Assembly (NCBI GenBank): GCA_964242955.1
Contig: CAXTDD010000002.1
Span: 1-33,431 of the forward strand
Length of the DNA: 33,431 nt
Reading direction: 5' to 3'
From: an uncultured Rubrobacteraceae bacterium
GTDB taxonomy: Bacteria > Actinomycetota > Rubrobacteria > Rubrobacterales > Rubrobacteraceae
The position numbers were made by a program, and so were the translations under genes. Under the pieces are notes generated by a model. That model made no database searches, was not told the DNA's origin, and saw only the letters and a list, made by a program, of their open reading frames with translations. Position 1 is the first letter of the stretch, and each line of letters opens with the position of its first letter. Below are positions 11,895 to 21,206 of this stretch, piece by piece.

Positions 11895-13367
11895 TCAAGA
11901 GTTGGGGGTCAGCTGGAGTATCCTCACTTGATCGGTCACGGATACCGAAAAGCTCTGGGGATTGGCGTAATCGCTGACGTACGTTGTCCCCTGGGCGGGG
12001 GCGAAGAGGAGCGCCCGGCGCATCGGCTTCTCTATTCTCACGTTCACCGTCTGGGGGGAGACTGTGGAAGCAACCTTCTCGACCGGGTCCCAGCTGGATT
12101 TGCCGAGCCACAGGACGAGGTAGAAGCGGCCGTCGCTCTTTTGCAGCAGGGTGTGGTGGACGTCCAGCGTCTGCCCGCCCATCGAGTAGTTCAAAACGCC
12201 CGGCGTGTAGGTACTCGTGGCCGACGCGGGTTCCTCAAGCAAGGCGATCATGTTCTTTAGCACCGTGAAGGCGGGCTTCGGTGAGAAATCGTTGCGCAAG
12301 AGCCCGAAGTTGGACTCCAGATCGTCCTTCTCCGTATCGGGGTGGTCGTCGAGCAACTCGTAGGCGTAGGTACGAGCGATGCCCCGGTTGAAGTTGTCGA
12401 GGTAGGTGCGCGGTACGTACTTCCCGGCCACGCCTTCCGGGGTAGGCAGGTGCGTATCTGAACTCTTTAAGGCGTTATGGAATCCCGTCTCGGTCGCCAT
12501 GATCGGCTTCGCACCGCTGACCTTCCGCGCGTTCGCTACGTAGAAGGATTCGACGTTGGAGCCCTCCGGCGCGTAGCCGCCCGAGTAGGAATGGATGTTG
12601 CCGTAATCGAGGTATCGACTGACATCTCCTACCTGCTCCGCGTTGGACGGTTCGCCGAGAGATGGACCTACCACAGGAAAGCTGGCAGTGGACGGATTGC
12701 CCTTGACCGCCTCGTACACGCCTTGCTGGTGGACGGTCAGCTTGCTTGCCCACCCCGGGTTGGAGCCATCTTGGTTGCTGAGATCGTACTCGTTAGTGCC
12801 CTCGAAGGCTTCCACAGACGTGCCGGCCAACTCTTGAACCCGCCTTACCTCGTCGGCAGTGACGGTATCGAACATGCTCCACTGCTTCTGGAAGATCAAG
12901 TCGAACTTCAATCCGAGGGCCGCCACAGCGTTATACCTGCCGTAGGCTTCCTGATTGGTGACGATCGGGTGGTTGTCGGGGTTGAGGTAGGCGGCGTCGC
13001 GCAGGTGGTTCACGCCGAGTTCGCCGAGCTTGGTCTTGACCTTCGCTACGTTCGTTTCGGTGTTCGCGTAGTCTGACGCCTCGTCGTTCAGGTGGGTGTT
13101 GACGCCCATCGAGTCTACGAAGACGTTTGCCTTTCTCGCCGGCTCGTTCGCCGCATCCGCCCTGTCACCGAACGGAACGAGGGCCAGCAGGAGAGCGATT
13201 GATACAGACACGGCTACCCCTATCAGGGATAAGCGCGAGGCAGACTTTACCCTGCCTTCGCGCGACACGACAATGGCAGAGACCGCAGCAAGGGAACCAT
13301 TATATTTCAAGAATCCCTGTCGTGTGAATCGGTGTCTCTCACGCTTCCCGATGACATCCCTGTTCAC
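11895..13367 (-). CDS. Secreted clan GH-A-like (GH5/GH39-like) glycoside hydrolase, paralog C
   Basis: GTG 13367 after AAAGGAG. FVDSMGVNTHL, FEGTNEYD (acid/base-like), GNIHSY, KPIMATETGF (nucleophile-like), YAYELLD, NFGLLRND, LLQKSDGRFYLVLW. Confidence 0.8.
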   Translation of the reverse strand: MNRDVIGKRERHRFTRQGFLKYNGSLAAVSAIVVSREGRVKSASRLSLIGVAVSVSIALLLALVPFGDRADAANEPARKANVFVDSMGVNTHLNDEASDYANTETNVAKVKTKLGELGVNHLRDAAYLNPDNHPIVTNQEAYGRYNAVAALGLKFDLIFQKQWSMFDTVTADEVRRVQELAGTSVEAFEGTNEYDLSNQDGSNPGWASKLTVHQQGVYEAVKGNPSTASFPVVGPSLGEPSNAEQVGDVSRYLDYGNIHSYSGGYAPEGSNVESFYVANARKVSGAKPIMATETGFHNALKSSDTHLPTPEGVAGKYVPRTYLDNFNRGIARTYAYELLDDHPDTEKDDLESNFGLLRNDFSPKPAFTVLKNMIALLEEPASATSTYTPGVLNYSMGGQTLDVHHTLLQKSDGRFYLVLWLGKSSWDPVEKVASTVSPQTVNVRIEKPMRRALLFAPAQGTTYVSDYANPQSFSVSVTDQVRILQLTPNS

Positions 13368-13481
13368 TAATTGCTCCTTTTGCGTCGTTTGCGATCCGAT
13401 TGCGGCTGGCGACAAGCCGGACGAAGCTCGGGCAGAGCTTCGTCCGGAAGAGGCAAGAGTGCACGGTCTCGTTGCGCACCG

Positions 13482-15176
13482 CTACCGACCTCCAGTGGTA
13501 AAAAACCACGCCTTCTGCTGGTTGCCGCGGTCCATGGCACTCTGGTCCAGCGGGTTGCCCGCCGAGTCCTTCGCTCCGATGGTGACCACCGCCTTGTACC
13601 TGGTGTTCGCCTTCAGCTTGGTCGCCGAGGTCCCGTAGGGTTCGAGGAACGCCTTCCGGCCGTTGTAGTCTAGGGTGACGGTGACGTTGTTTATGCGGTC
13701 CGCGCAGCGAGTAGAGGGGCTGCACTTGTAGACCTTGAACGTCGACTTCGTGATGGTGGAGGGGTCCATCTTCTCGGAGAAGGCAGCCACCAGATCCGTG
13801 CCGCGTGTCACACCCTTCGCCCGGTTGGCGGGGCCAACGCCCTTTACCTTCGGCGCCACAGCATCGACGGTCCAGGTGCGTGTGGCGGGGCTATTGTCCG
13901 TGTGGCCGGCCGCGTCGATGGCCCGCGCCTCGAAGGTGTGTGTGCCGGTAGACAGCCCCGTGTAGACCACCGGCGGCTCGCAAGGGGCGAAGGCTGCTCC
14001 GTCGAGGCTGCACTCGAAGCGCACCACCCTTAGGCCAGATAAGAGCTCGAAACGGGCTGCTTCGCCACTCACCGACCCGGAAGGACCGGCGGTGATGGCC
14101 GTGTCGGGGGTCGGAACCGGTACAGGCGGCGCCGTCCCCCAGTCGGGAGCGCCCGCGTTAAACGCCTCCCGGCATTGGTCTTTGCAATCCCAAAGGCTGG
14201 TGAGGCTCGTCCACGTCCCGGAACCGTCGGCGTTGCGGGTCAAGATCTGATCTGTTGCCTCGCCCGTTTTCGCGGCGAACGACCCAACGAGGGCTATCTT
14301 TGTCCCGTCGGGCGACCAAGACGGCTTGCCGCCGTGACGATAGGCGGCGCTGTCGAAGGGTACGCCCAACACCCTCTTCTGTCCCGAGCCGTCCGCGCCG
14401 ATGATGTAGACGGCGCTTGCATAGCTGTATGAGTCGTCTCCGTCCGAGTAGGCTATCTCTGACCCATCAGGCGACCAGTCGGGAGAGTACACGACGTACT
14501 CGCAGTCCCACTCAGCGTGGTGGGTCATCTGCTCCGGGTCACCGGAGCCATCCGCGTTGACGACGAAGATCTCGTCGTGACCGCACCCATTTTCACCGCT
14601 GGGCACGTTTCTGCCAACGAAGGCTATCTTCTCGCCGTTGGGCGACCAAGAGTGGGAACCATAATAACTATAAGCTCTCACTCCTAAGTCCGTGGGCTCG
14701 CCAGACCCGTCCGAGTTGACCACATGGATCGTGGGGTAGGCTCCGGGTAAACCATTACCGCTTGCGGTCAAGAACGCTATCCTCTCGCCGTCTGGCGACC
14801 AGACGGGGCGGCTGCTGGCCGCGGGGCCGTCGGTGAGACGGACGGGGTCGGAGCCGTCGGCATCCATGACGTAGACCTCTGTCCGCCCGTCGCGGTCGCT
14901 CGTGAAGGCCAGCTTCGACCCATCGGGCGACCAGTCCGCGTCCCAGTTGCAGCACGGCTGGTTGCGGGTCAGGTTGAGGTGCCCGGTGCCATCGGGGTTC
15001 ATCGCCCAGATATCGTTGTGTTCGGGATAGCCGGCGTCGTCGGAGTCGTAGGCTATCCTGCCGTTCTCGCCCGGGAGGGCTGCGGCGGCAGGCTCCGCCT
15101 CCAGAGCAGAGACGGCGGCCAATGCGATCGCCGCCAACGCCACCGCTATAAAGATTGACAAGCTCCTATACGTCAT
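13482..15176 (-). CDS. Secreted TolB-like (PD40) beta-propeller protein with C-terminal Ig-like/Big_5 domains
   Basis: Signal peptide ending AAA-ALPGENGRIAY; repeated WSPDG..IAF; PDTAITAGPSG..FECSLDG; APKV..V.P..FSEKMD..WFFTT. Confidence 0.88.
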   Translation of the reverse strand: MTYRSLSIFIAVALAAIALAAVSALEAEPAAAALPGENGRIAYDSDDAGYPEHNDIWAMNPDGTGHLNLTRNQPCCNWDADWSPDGSKLAFTSDRDGRTEVYVMDADGSDPVRLTDGPAASSRPVWSPDGERIAFLTASGNGLPGAYPTIHVVNSDGSGEPTDLGVRAYSYYGSHSWSPNGEKIAFVGRNVPSGENGCGHDEIFVVNADGSGDPEQMTHHAEWDCEYVVYSPDWSPDGSEIAYSDGDDSYSYASAVYIIGADGSGQKRVLGVPFDSAAYRHGGKPSWSPDGTKIALVGSFAAKTGEATDQILTRNADGSGTWTSLTSLWDCKDQCREAFNAGAPDWGTAPPVPVPTPDTAITAGPSGSVSGEAARFELLSGLRVVRFECSLDGAAFAPCEPPVVYTGLSTGTHTFEARAIDAAGHTDNSPATRTWTVDAVAPKVKGVGPANRAKGVTRGTDLVAAFSEKMDPSTITKSTFKVYKCSPSTRCADRINNVTVTLDYNGRKAFLEPYGTSATKLKANTRYKAVVTIGAKDSAGNPLDQSAMDRGNQQKAWFFTTGGR

Positions 15177-15296
15177 GGAACCTCTTTCTCACTGCCGGGG
15201 CGAACCCGGAAAGCAGGACGACAGGGCAATCCTCCCGCAATGCCTATACAAATTCCTAAGTTTACGTTAGAGCAGGTATTGGCCGCCTCGGCCTAT

Positions 15297-15333
15297 AGTA
15301 CTGAATAAGTACTGCTTTGGAAGCGTGATTATA
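15297..15333 (-). promoter_or_regulatory. Putative promoter (-10 TATAAT) with paired AGTACT boxes for the propeller gene
   Basis: TATAAT on the minus strand at 15328-15333; AGTACT at 15297-15302 and 15308-15313; no clear -35. Confidence 0.4.
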
Positions 15334-15485
15334 CTCCGGGTTTTCCGGCTTTCTCCTTGCCCGGAAGGGTCCAATCGGAAGGGGCTCACGCGGCGGCGCC
15401 GACGACGCCTCGAACGCACAGTTTTCCCGCTCGTGAGCGCTGTCCGAGGTTTGCGGTGGACACTACCGTTTTGTCCTCCGACTCG

Positions 15486-17249
15486 CTAGTCCGCCAACCC
15501 GCAGTCGTCTGCGCAGTCCTCTCCACGCTTCGTCGGAACGATACTTCGGGGTACGAGCTCCACCACGAGCGGCTCGTCTGGCACTTGCAGGTCGATCGAA
15601 TTCAACTTCCCCTCATAATCGTTCTGTACGGCGGTAGATCTGTTGGTGAGGTACTCGTTCGCCACGCCCGCGAAGGGCGAGTCGAAGCGTAGCGTCACCT
15701 GCACGGGGGCGTTGACCACGTCACTCCCGCGTTCCGGATTGATCGTTGTCGTACAGGGCTTGACGTTGGGAACTTCTTCACAGGTCCTAGGGCCGGACAC
15801 TTCTGCCGGCGGTATACGGTAGCTGCTCGCCTCGTTCCACAGCACGAGGTAGAATGTCCCATCGCTCTTTTGTAAAAGCGTGTGATGCACGCTCGCGGGC
15901 ACATCCCCCCTCGCAGTGGTGGCGGAGTTGTCGAGCGTGAAGTCGAGGGAGCCGGGCCGAAAGTTCGGAGCTCCAGGCTCCTCAAGTACGTCTATCAGGT
16001 TCTCCAGCGCCCGGAAGGAGGGCTTCTCCGAGCCGTCGTTCCTCAAAAGGCCGAAGTGGCGCTGCCAGTCGTAGCCGCCGCAGTTGGCCTGGGTGGCACC
16101 ATCGGGGGGCGAGTCTATCCCTCCTGTATCAGGAAAATGGTCTATGAGCTCGTAAAAGTATGAGCGGGCGATGCGTCCTCCGCCGTAATTGAAGTACTCC
16201 AGGGCCATCCGGGGCACGTACTTGCCGGCCGCCTTTTCCGAGACTTCGGTGTTTTGGCACGTGTCGTTGGGCGCCGTGTAGTAGCCCGTCTCTGTGACCA
16301 TCAAGGGTTTCTTCGGACGTCCCAGGCTGCCGTCGCCGCTGACCGACTCTGTGCGGGCCACGTCGTAATTTTCGAACTCGTTCGAGCCAGGATGGCCAAT
16401 ACGGTAAGGATGAATACTGCCGTAGTCCATGGCGTCGCCGAGGTACGGTGTCTCTGCGGTATCCGGGTACGGCTTGCCGATGGAAGGCCCGAGCACAGGC
16501 ACGTCAGTGACGTTGGCGCCTGGGTCGGTCTCGATCGGGACGTTTACCGACTCCCACAGCTGTCGCTGCCACGTTTCCAACTCGGCCGCCCAGTCGGGAT
16601 TCTGCCCGGCGTTGGGTCCCTCGTTGCTCTTGTTGTGCTCGTTAGGCCCCTCGAAGGCTTCCAGGGATGGGCCCGCGAGCGTCTGGATGCGTTCGATCTT
16701 ATAGGGCGTTATAGGATCGATCGGGCTTAAACCGCCGCCGGGAAACCCGCTCCCCGGGTCTACGGTCAGGGTGGCTTTTATGCCGCTCCCGCGCGTCAGT
16801 GCCTTGTAGCGATCATATACGTCCCCGTAAGCGTCCAGGTCCTCCCGGGAGGTGGCGGTTTTGTCGATGGTGCCGTCGGGACTGGTGACCTCCGTACCGA
16901 GGTAAGCGCCGTCGCGGATATGGCGCACGCCCAGATCTCGCAGCTTCCGGCTTGCGAGGTCGAAGTCCTGAGCGTAGACCGTATCTTCCCAGCCAAAGTG
17001 CGTGGCTACGCCAACGTAATCCACGAAGTCGTCAGCCTTTCGTGCCTGTTCGGGGCCGGTTGCGCGATGGACCTGGCCCACTCCGAGGTAGTACAGGGAC
17101 CAAATCACCACACCGATTACAGCCAACACCGCTAGCCGTCTGGTCACGAAAACCTTTCCTGAGCGTTGGTTCCTTTCGATGGACGCAACGGGAATCGTGG
17201 CATGACGCCAGAGCTTCCCAACGGCGGATGGTTTGTGTCGAAGCTCCAA
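15486..17249 (-). CDS. Membrane-anchored or secreted clan GH-A-like glycoside hydrolase, paralog B (start uncertain)
   Basis: N-terminal hydrophobic helix; FVDYVGVATHF, LGVRHIRD, FEGPNEH, GSIHPY, KPLMVTETGY, FYELID, HFGLLRND, LLQKSDGTFYLVLW. Confidence 0.8.
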   Translation of the reverse strand: MELRHKPSAVGKLWRHATIPVASIERNQRSGKVFVTRRLAVLAVIGVVIWSLYYLGVGQVHRATGPEQARKADDFVDYVGVATHFGWEDTVYAQDFDLASRKLRDLGVRHIRDGAYLGTEVTSPDGTIDKTATSREDLDAYGDVYDRYKALTRGSGIKATLTVDPGSGFPGGGLSPIDPITPYKIERIQTLAGPSLEAFEGPNEHNKSNEGPNAGQNPDWAAELETWQRQLWESVNVPIETDPGANVTDVPVLGPSIGKPYPDTAETPYLGDAMDYGSIHPYRIGHPGSNEFENYDVARTESVSGDGSLGRPKKPLMVTETGYYTAPNDTCQNTEVSEKAAGKYVPRMALEYFNYGGGRIARSYFYELIDHFPDTGGIDSPPDGATQANCGGYDWQRHFGLLRNDGSEKPSFRALENLIDVLEEPGAPNFRPGSLDFTLDNSATTARGDVPASVHHTLLQKSDGTFYLVLWNEASSYRIPPAEVSGPRTCEEVPNVKPCTTTINPERGSDVVNAPVQVTLRFDSPFAGVANEYLTNRSTAVQNDYEGKLNSIDLQVPDEPLVVELVPRSIVPTKRGEDCADDCGLAD

Positions 17250-17365
17250 CCCACTCTTGGAAAAACCTCTCCTCTAGGCAGACGCGTCTTCTCACAGATA
17301 GCCATCTTGGCTTCGTTCTCGTACCCGTATGTTCTAACATCTTTGTTCTCTTCGAAACCCCGGAG

Positions 17366-17833
17366 AGCAGGGACCTTCAGGCCCGCTTCTCTACGGAGCC
17401 GGCGGATCCGCTTTTTGTTCACTACCCAGCCGTCCTGTCGCAGCAGAGTCCACACCCGCCGGTAGCCGTAGCGGGGGTTCTTACCGGAGAGCTCGCTCAT
17501 CCGGTGGCACAGAGCTTGGTCGCTAGCGGATCTTCGCTCGGCATAGCGCTGCATAGAGCGGGGCTGGCCTATGGCCCGGTAAGCCCGGCCCTCGGAAAGC
17601 ACGAAGGTTCTCTGCGCGTGGATCACCGCCTTCCTCCTCCGGGCCGGGCTCAGAAGTTTCCCCGTTCACTTCCTTTAGGATGCCCACGTCCAAGCCCTGC
17701 TCGGTGGGCATCTTCTTCAGGCGGGCCTTCTCTTTCTTCAGTTCCTTAAGCCGCTTTGCCTCTTGTGGATTCATCTCACCGTCTTGCTTTCTCCAGTGGT
17801 GGGACGTGGTCTCGCTTATGCTCAATTCGCGAG
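17366..17833 (-). mobile_element. IS3-family (IS407-like) remnant
   Basis: OrfA end (EAKRLKELKKEKARLKK) and OrfB start (SEGRAYRAIGQPRS.QRY, PRYGYRRV..LLRQDGWVVNKKRIRRL.REAGLKVP); both ends lost. Confidence 0.85.
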
Positions 17834-18251
17834 TGGACTTCCCCCAGAAAGACGGACACTCTAGAGTGGGGACGACGAGTCCCCTGGAGAGGAGGACCGG
17901 GTGCCGGGACCAACACCGCACTACCCACCGGAGTTTAAACGAGAGGCCGTCCAGCTCTACCGTTCCTCGCACAAATCCATCCCGAAGACGGCCGAGGAAC
18001 TTGGGATAGCCAGCGAGTCTTTGAGGAGATGGGTCCGCCAACACGAGAAGGCGGAGCTGGTCGTCTGCCTGGAGTTCCCGAGCCACCAGGCGGCGAAGAC
18101 GGCGATCTTCGAGTACTTGGAAACCTTCTACAACACCCGCCGCTTACACTCGGCGCTTGGCTACATGAGTCCGGTGGACTACGAGGAGGATAGAATAGAA
18201 GAGATGCGCGTCGCGTAAGGCCAACGCGTCCGCCCTAGCGGGGGAGGCCCA
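17834..18251 (+). mobile_element. Internally deleted IS3-family element (418 bp) retaining both TIRs
   Basis: TG...CA ends; imperfect 26-bp TIRs TGGACTTCCCCCAGAAAGACGGACAC and TGGGCCTCCCCCGCTAGGGCGGACGC. ORF 17901..18218 joins the OrfA HTH to the OrfB tail (FYNTRRLHSALGYMSP). Confidence 0.88.
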
Positions 18252-18279
18252 GCCGAACAAGGCACGCCGCCTCGCAGCG

Positions 18280-19914
18280 TTACTTGATTACCTTGAACCT
18301 CCATTGCTTGTTCGCGTCGGGGCCTTGAGGGTCCCGGGCGACTATCTTCACGTGGTGGCGTCGGCCGGATTGGAGCTTCTTGGCCGGCTTGTACGTCAAC
18401 CTGTCTTTGGCCTGGTTGTAAGTGAAGGATGTCTTTCTACGACGGTCTACGAAAAGGGAGATGTTGGGCTTTGCCAGGTTGATCTGCGCATCTCGTACCA
18501 GCGCCGAGATGAGAGGGGTACGGTCTCTGGTACTGCCACCCTCATTGGGCCTCACGTTGGTGATCTTTGGGACGCTGTTCACCGGCGTAGGGCCGCCGTT
18601 GGCCGAAGGCGTCAGTTTAACGATCAAGGGCGTATCGGACACATACAAAGTCATCTGCCGCAACGAGGCGTACTGTTTTACCGGGGTGGTCGAGTTAACG
18701 GGTAGGTAGGCGGTGGCTCTGCTTACCGGCCGATCGAGGGTCAGGTTGACCTTGTTGGCCGGTACCGAGGTGTCCCGTTTAGCCTGCAGATCGTAGCTGG
18801 ACGTTTCCTGCCACAACACCAGGTAGAACGAGCCATCGCGCTTCTGCAACAGCGTGCGGTGCACGTTCGCAAGGTCGCCGCCAAGAGAATAGCCGAGCGA
18901 GCCCGTTTCGAATCTGGGACCGGGATCTTCCAGGAGGGAGATCGTGTTCTTTAAAGATCTGTAAGCAGGTTTCTCCGTGCCGTCGTTCCGCAGCAGACCG
19001 AAGTTCTTTTCCCTGCCCAGACCGTTCGGGTCCGGTCCAGGATCTATCAGCTCGTACGCATAAGTCTTGCGAATGCCGCGGTTGAAGTACTCGAACATGA
19101 GGCGCGGCATGTACTTGCCCATCGCTTTCTCGGAGACCTTCGGGTGGACACCGGTCCAATTGGCTGCCGTATGGTAACCGCTCTCGGTCGCCATAAGGGG
19201 CTTTGTGCCGCCGACCTCTCGCGCAGCCGGGATGATGTAGTGGTCGAGTCCCCACACGGAAGGCTTGTCTCCGCCCGGGTAAGAGTGCATGTTCGCGTAA
19301 TCCGCATACGCTCTCAGATCCGGCTTCTTGTCCGGATACGGCCTGCCCAGGGCGGGAGCTAGCACAGGCGTATCGCTTGTAGAAAGATTGCCCTTGACCG
19401 CCCCGTAGAGATTCTCCTGGTAGGTGGTCAGGTCTTGGGCCCAAGTCGTCCTGCCGGACAGGTTGTATTCGTTGGGTCCCTCGAATGATTCGAGGGAAGG
19501 ACCGGCCATCTCGCGCACTTGCGCGATCTTGTCCGCGTTGACGGGTCCCATTACCCGCGGGTCGACCACCAGATTGGAACGGATGCCGTAGCCTGCCAGC
19601 TCCCTGTACCTACCATAAACCAGATCGTTCATTGAGGACTGGGAGGATACGAATGCCCCGTCCCTGATATGACGCACGCCCAAAGCGGTCAGTTTGTCTC
19701 TCACCAACGGATAGCGCTCACTGTAGGCAGTATCAAGAAAACGAAGGTGCGTGTTGATCCCGATCGTGTCAACAAAATCGTCTGCCATTCTTGCCCGCGA
19801 GGTAGCGCTTTGGGCCGAGTTGGCGGATATGAGCAAGAGCAAGATTATCGCCACTCCTACTGTTAACCCGATCAATGCCATACGTGTACCAGACGCCCGC
19901 TGCACTTTCCCCAC
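18280..19914 (-). CDS. Secreted clan GH-A-like glycoside hydrolase with a basic C-terminal Ig-like domain, paralog A
   Basis: Signal peptide ..SANSAQS; FVDTIGINTHL, LGVRHIRD, FEGPNEY, ANMHSY, KPLMATESGY, YAYELID, NFGLLRND; Lys/Arg-rich tail ending WRFKV. Confidence 0.82.
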   Translation of the reverse strand: MGKVQRASGTRMALIGLTVGVAIILLLLISANSAQSATSRARMADDFVDTIGINTHLRFLDTAYSERYPLVRDKLTALGVRHIRDGAFVSSQSSMNDLVYGRYRELAGYGIRSNLVVDPRVMGPVNADKIAQVREMAGPSLESFEGPNEYNLSGRTTWAQDLTTYQENLYGAVKGNLSTSDTPVLAPALGRPYPDKKPDLRAYADYANMHSYPGGDKPSVWGLDHYIIPAAREVGGTKPLMATESGYHTAANWTGVHPKVSEKAMGKYMPRLMFEYFNRGIRKTYAYELIDPGPDPNGLGREKNFGLLRNDGTEKPAYRSLKNTISLLEDPGPRFETGSLGYSLGGDLANVHRTLLQKRDGSFYLVLWQETSSYDLQAKRDTSVPANKVNLTLDRPVSRATAYLPVNSTTPVKQYASLRQMTLYVSDTPLIVKLTPSANGGPTPVNSVPKITNVRPNEGGSTRDRTPLISALVRDAQINLAKPNISLFVDRRRKTSFTYNQAKDRLTYKPAKKLQSGRRHHVKIVARDPQGPDANKQWRFKVIK

Positions 19915-19957
19915 CCCCTCTTTGTCGACCAGAGCAGGTAAAGCAGACGCCGTCCCG

Positions 19958-20042
19958 CGCTGGTAGCCCGGCTATCTCACAAAAATCGGCGAGACCCGTG
20001 GCTTTGCGCCCCCGCCTCACGACGGGTTAGCCTTTATCAGCG
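19958..20042 (-). ncRNA. c-di-GMP-I (GEMM) riboswitch aptamer
   Basis: Minus strand reads CGCUG-AUAAAGGCUAACCCGUC-GUGA-GGCGGGGGCGCAAAGCCACGGGUCUCGC...GUGAGAUAGCCGGGCUAC-CAGCG: P1 CGCUG/CAGCG, GNRA-capped P2, conserved CGCAAAGC, P3 with a receptor-like bulge. It lies 44 nt upstream of a same-strand CDS. Confidence 0.93.
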
Positions 20043-20048
20043 AGTAGC

Positions 20049-20087
20049 ACTATACAGCACTGGAGTACTACGGAAGTAGTAGTACTC
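20049..20087 (-). promoter_or_regulatory. Promoter for the riboswitch transcript with an inverted-repeat operator over the -35 region
   Basis: TATAGT (20049-20054) lies 6 nt before the aptamer; perfect IR GAGTACTAC-N7-GTAGTACTC at 20063-20087. Confidence 0.65.
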
Positions 20088-20200
20088 ACATGTAACGCGA
20101 AAATTCTTCCGGAGAACGTGTTCGGGCGTTCTACGAAACCTCTCGGAAGAGGCGATCGCCACATCTGCAGGGTATAGAACCGTGAGCAAAGAGGTGCCTA

Positions 20201-21204
20201 GAGCGGTTTTCACAACGACTGCAAGGATAGGCGGTAGCCGCAGTCGGCGTAGAAGCCGCGGATGTCTTGCGGGGTGATCGTGTTCAGGGCATGACCGGTC
20301 GCCTCCACCAGCGCTTCCCTCGTCCTGGCCCCGGCCTTCCTCAAGATGCCCTTGACCTTCGAGAAGGCCTCCTCTATGGGATCCATGTCCGGCGGGTAGG
20401 GCGGCAGGAACAGCAAAGTCGCCCCCGCCTCCTCGATGAGCCGCTCGACGCGCCGGCTCCTGTGCACGGATAGGTCGTCCATCACCACGATCTGGCCGCG
20501 CTTTAGCGTCGGCACAAGGAAGCTCTCGACGTAGGCCTCGAACGCGCCTTGCCATCCACGGCCCCCTCCACGCTCATCGAAGGCTTCACGCCCCCCGAGT
20601 CGATGGCGCAGACAAGCGAGACGTTCTTGCCCCAGTTCCTCGGCGCCTTGCCCAAAGCCCGCTCTCCTCTCGGAGCCCTTGCGTAGATCGGCGAGAGCGA
20701 GACGTTCGTCGAGCACTCGTCCACGAAGACGAACCTGTCCGCGACGATGCCGCCTACGTGCTCCCCAAAGGATCTTCTCCTCCGCTCGTCGCGCTCGGAG
20801 GACGCCATGGACCTTTTTTGAAAGTCCAGCCCAGCCTGCGCACGGCGCGGCTCATCGTAGAGACCGACACGCTCACGCCCCGTCCCTCCTCGAACATCTC
20901 GCGGTGCTCCTGCAGGGAGGCGGTGTCGTTCTCTCGGAGCTGGCGCCACAGCGCCCTCTTGCGGGAGGGATCGGCGAGGATCTTCGGGGTGCGCCCCGGG
21001 GAGGGCTTCGGGGCGATCCCCCCTCCGGAGGCCTTGAGTTTGACGTAGCGGGAGATGGTGGAGATGGAAATACCGAGCAGTTCCGAGACCTCCCTCCTCG
21101 GGACGCCGCGCTCCACGGCGGAGAGCACCTTGAGCCCGAGGTCCTCCGAGTATGCGTTCGTGCCCCCAAGCGTCGCACGCTTGCAGTGACTCTGCAAACC
21201 GCTC
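20201..21204 (-). mobile_element. IS630-family element, probably inactive
   Basis: Flanked by TA (20199-20200, 21205-21206); GAGCGGTTT ends; ORFA start appears mutated (ACG-NAYSEDL); FVDECST and PIEEAFSK lie in different frames. Confidence 0.9.
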
Positions 21205-21206
21205 TA

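Noticed and set aside
14100-15060. Recurrent GGCGACCA-like DNA repeats suggesting an array
   Set aside because: They encode the WSPDG blades of the propeller; not CRISPR or non-coding repeats.
19958-20042. 3',3'-cGAMP-sensing (GEMM-Ib) variant
   Set aside because: The discriminating position equivalent to Vc2 nucleotide 20 is G, not A.
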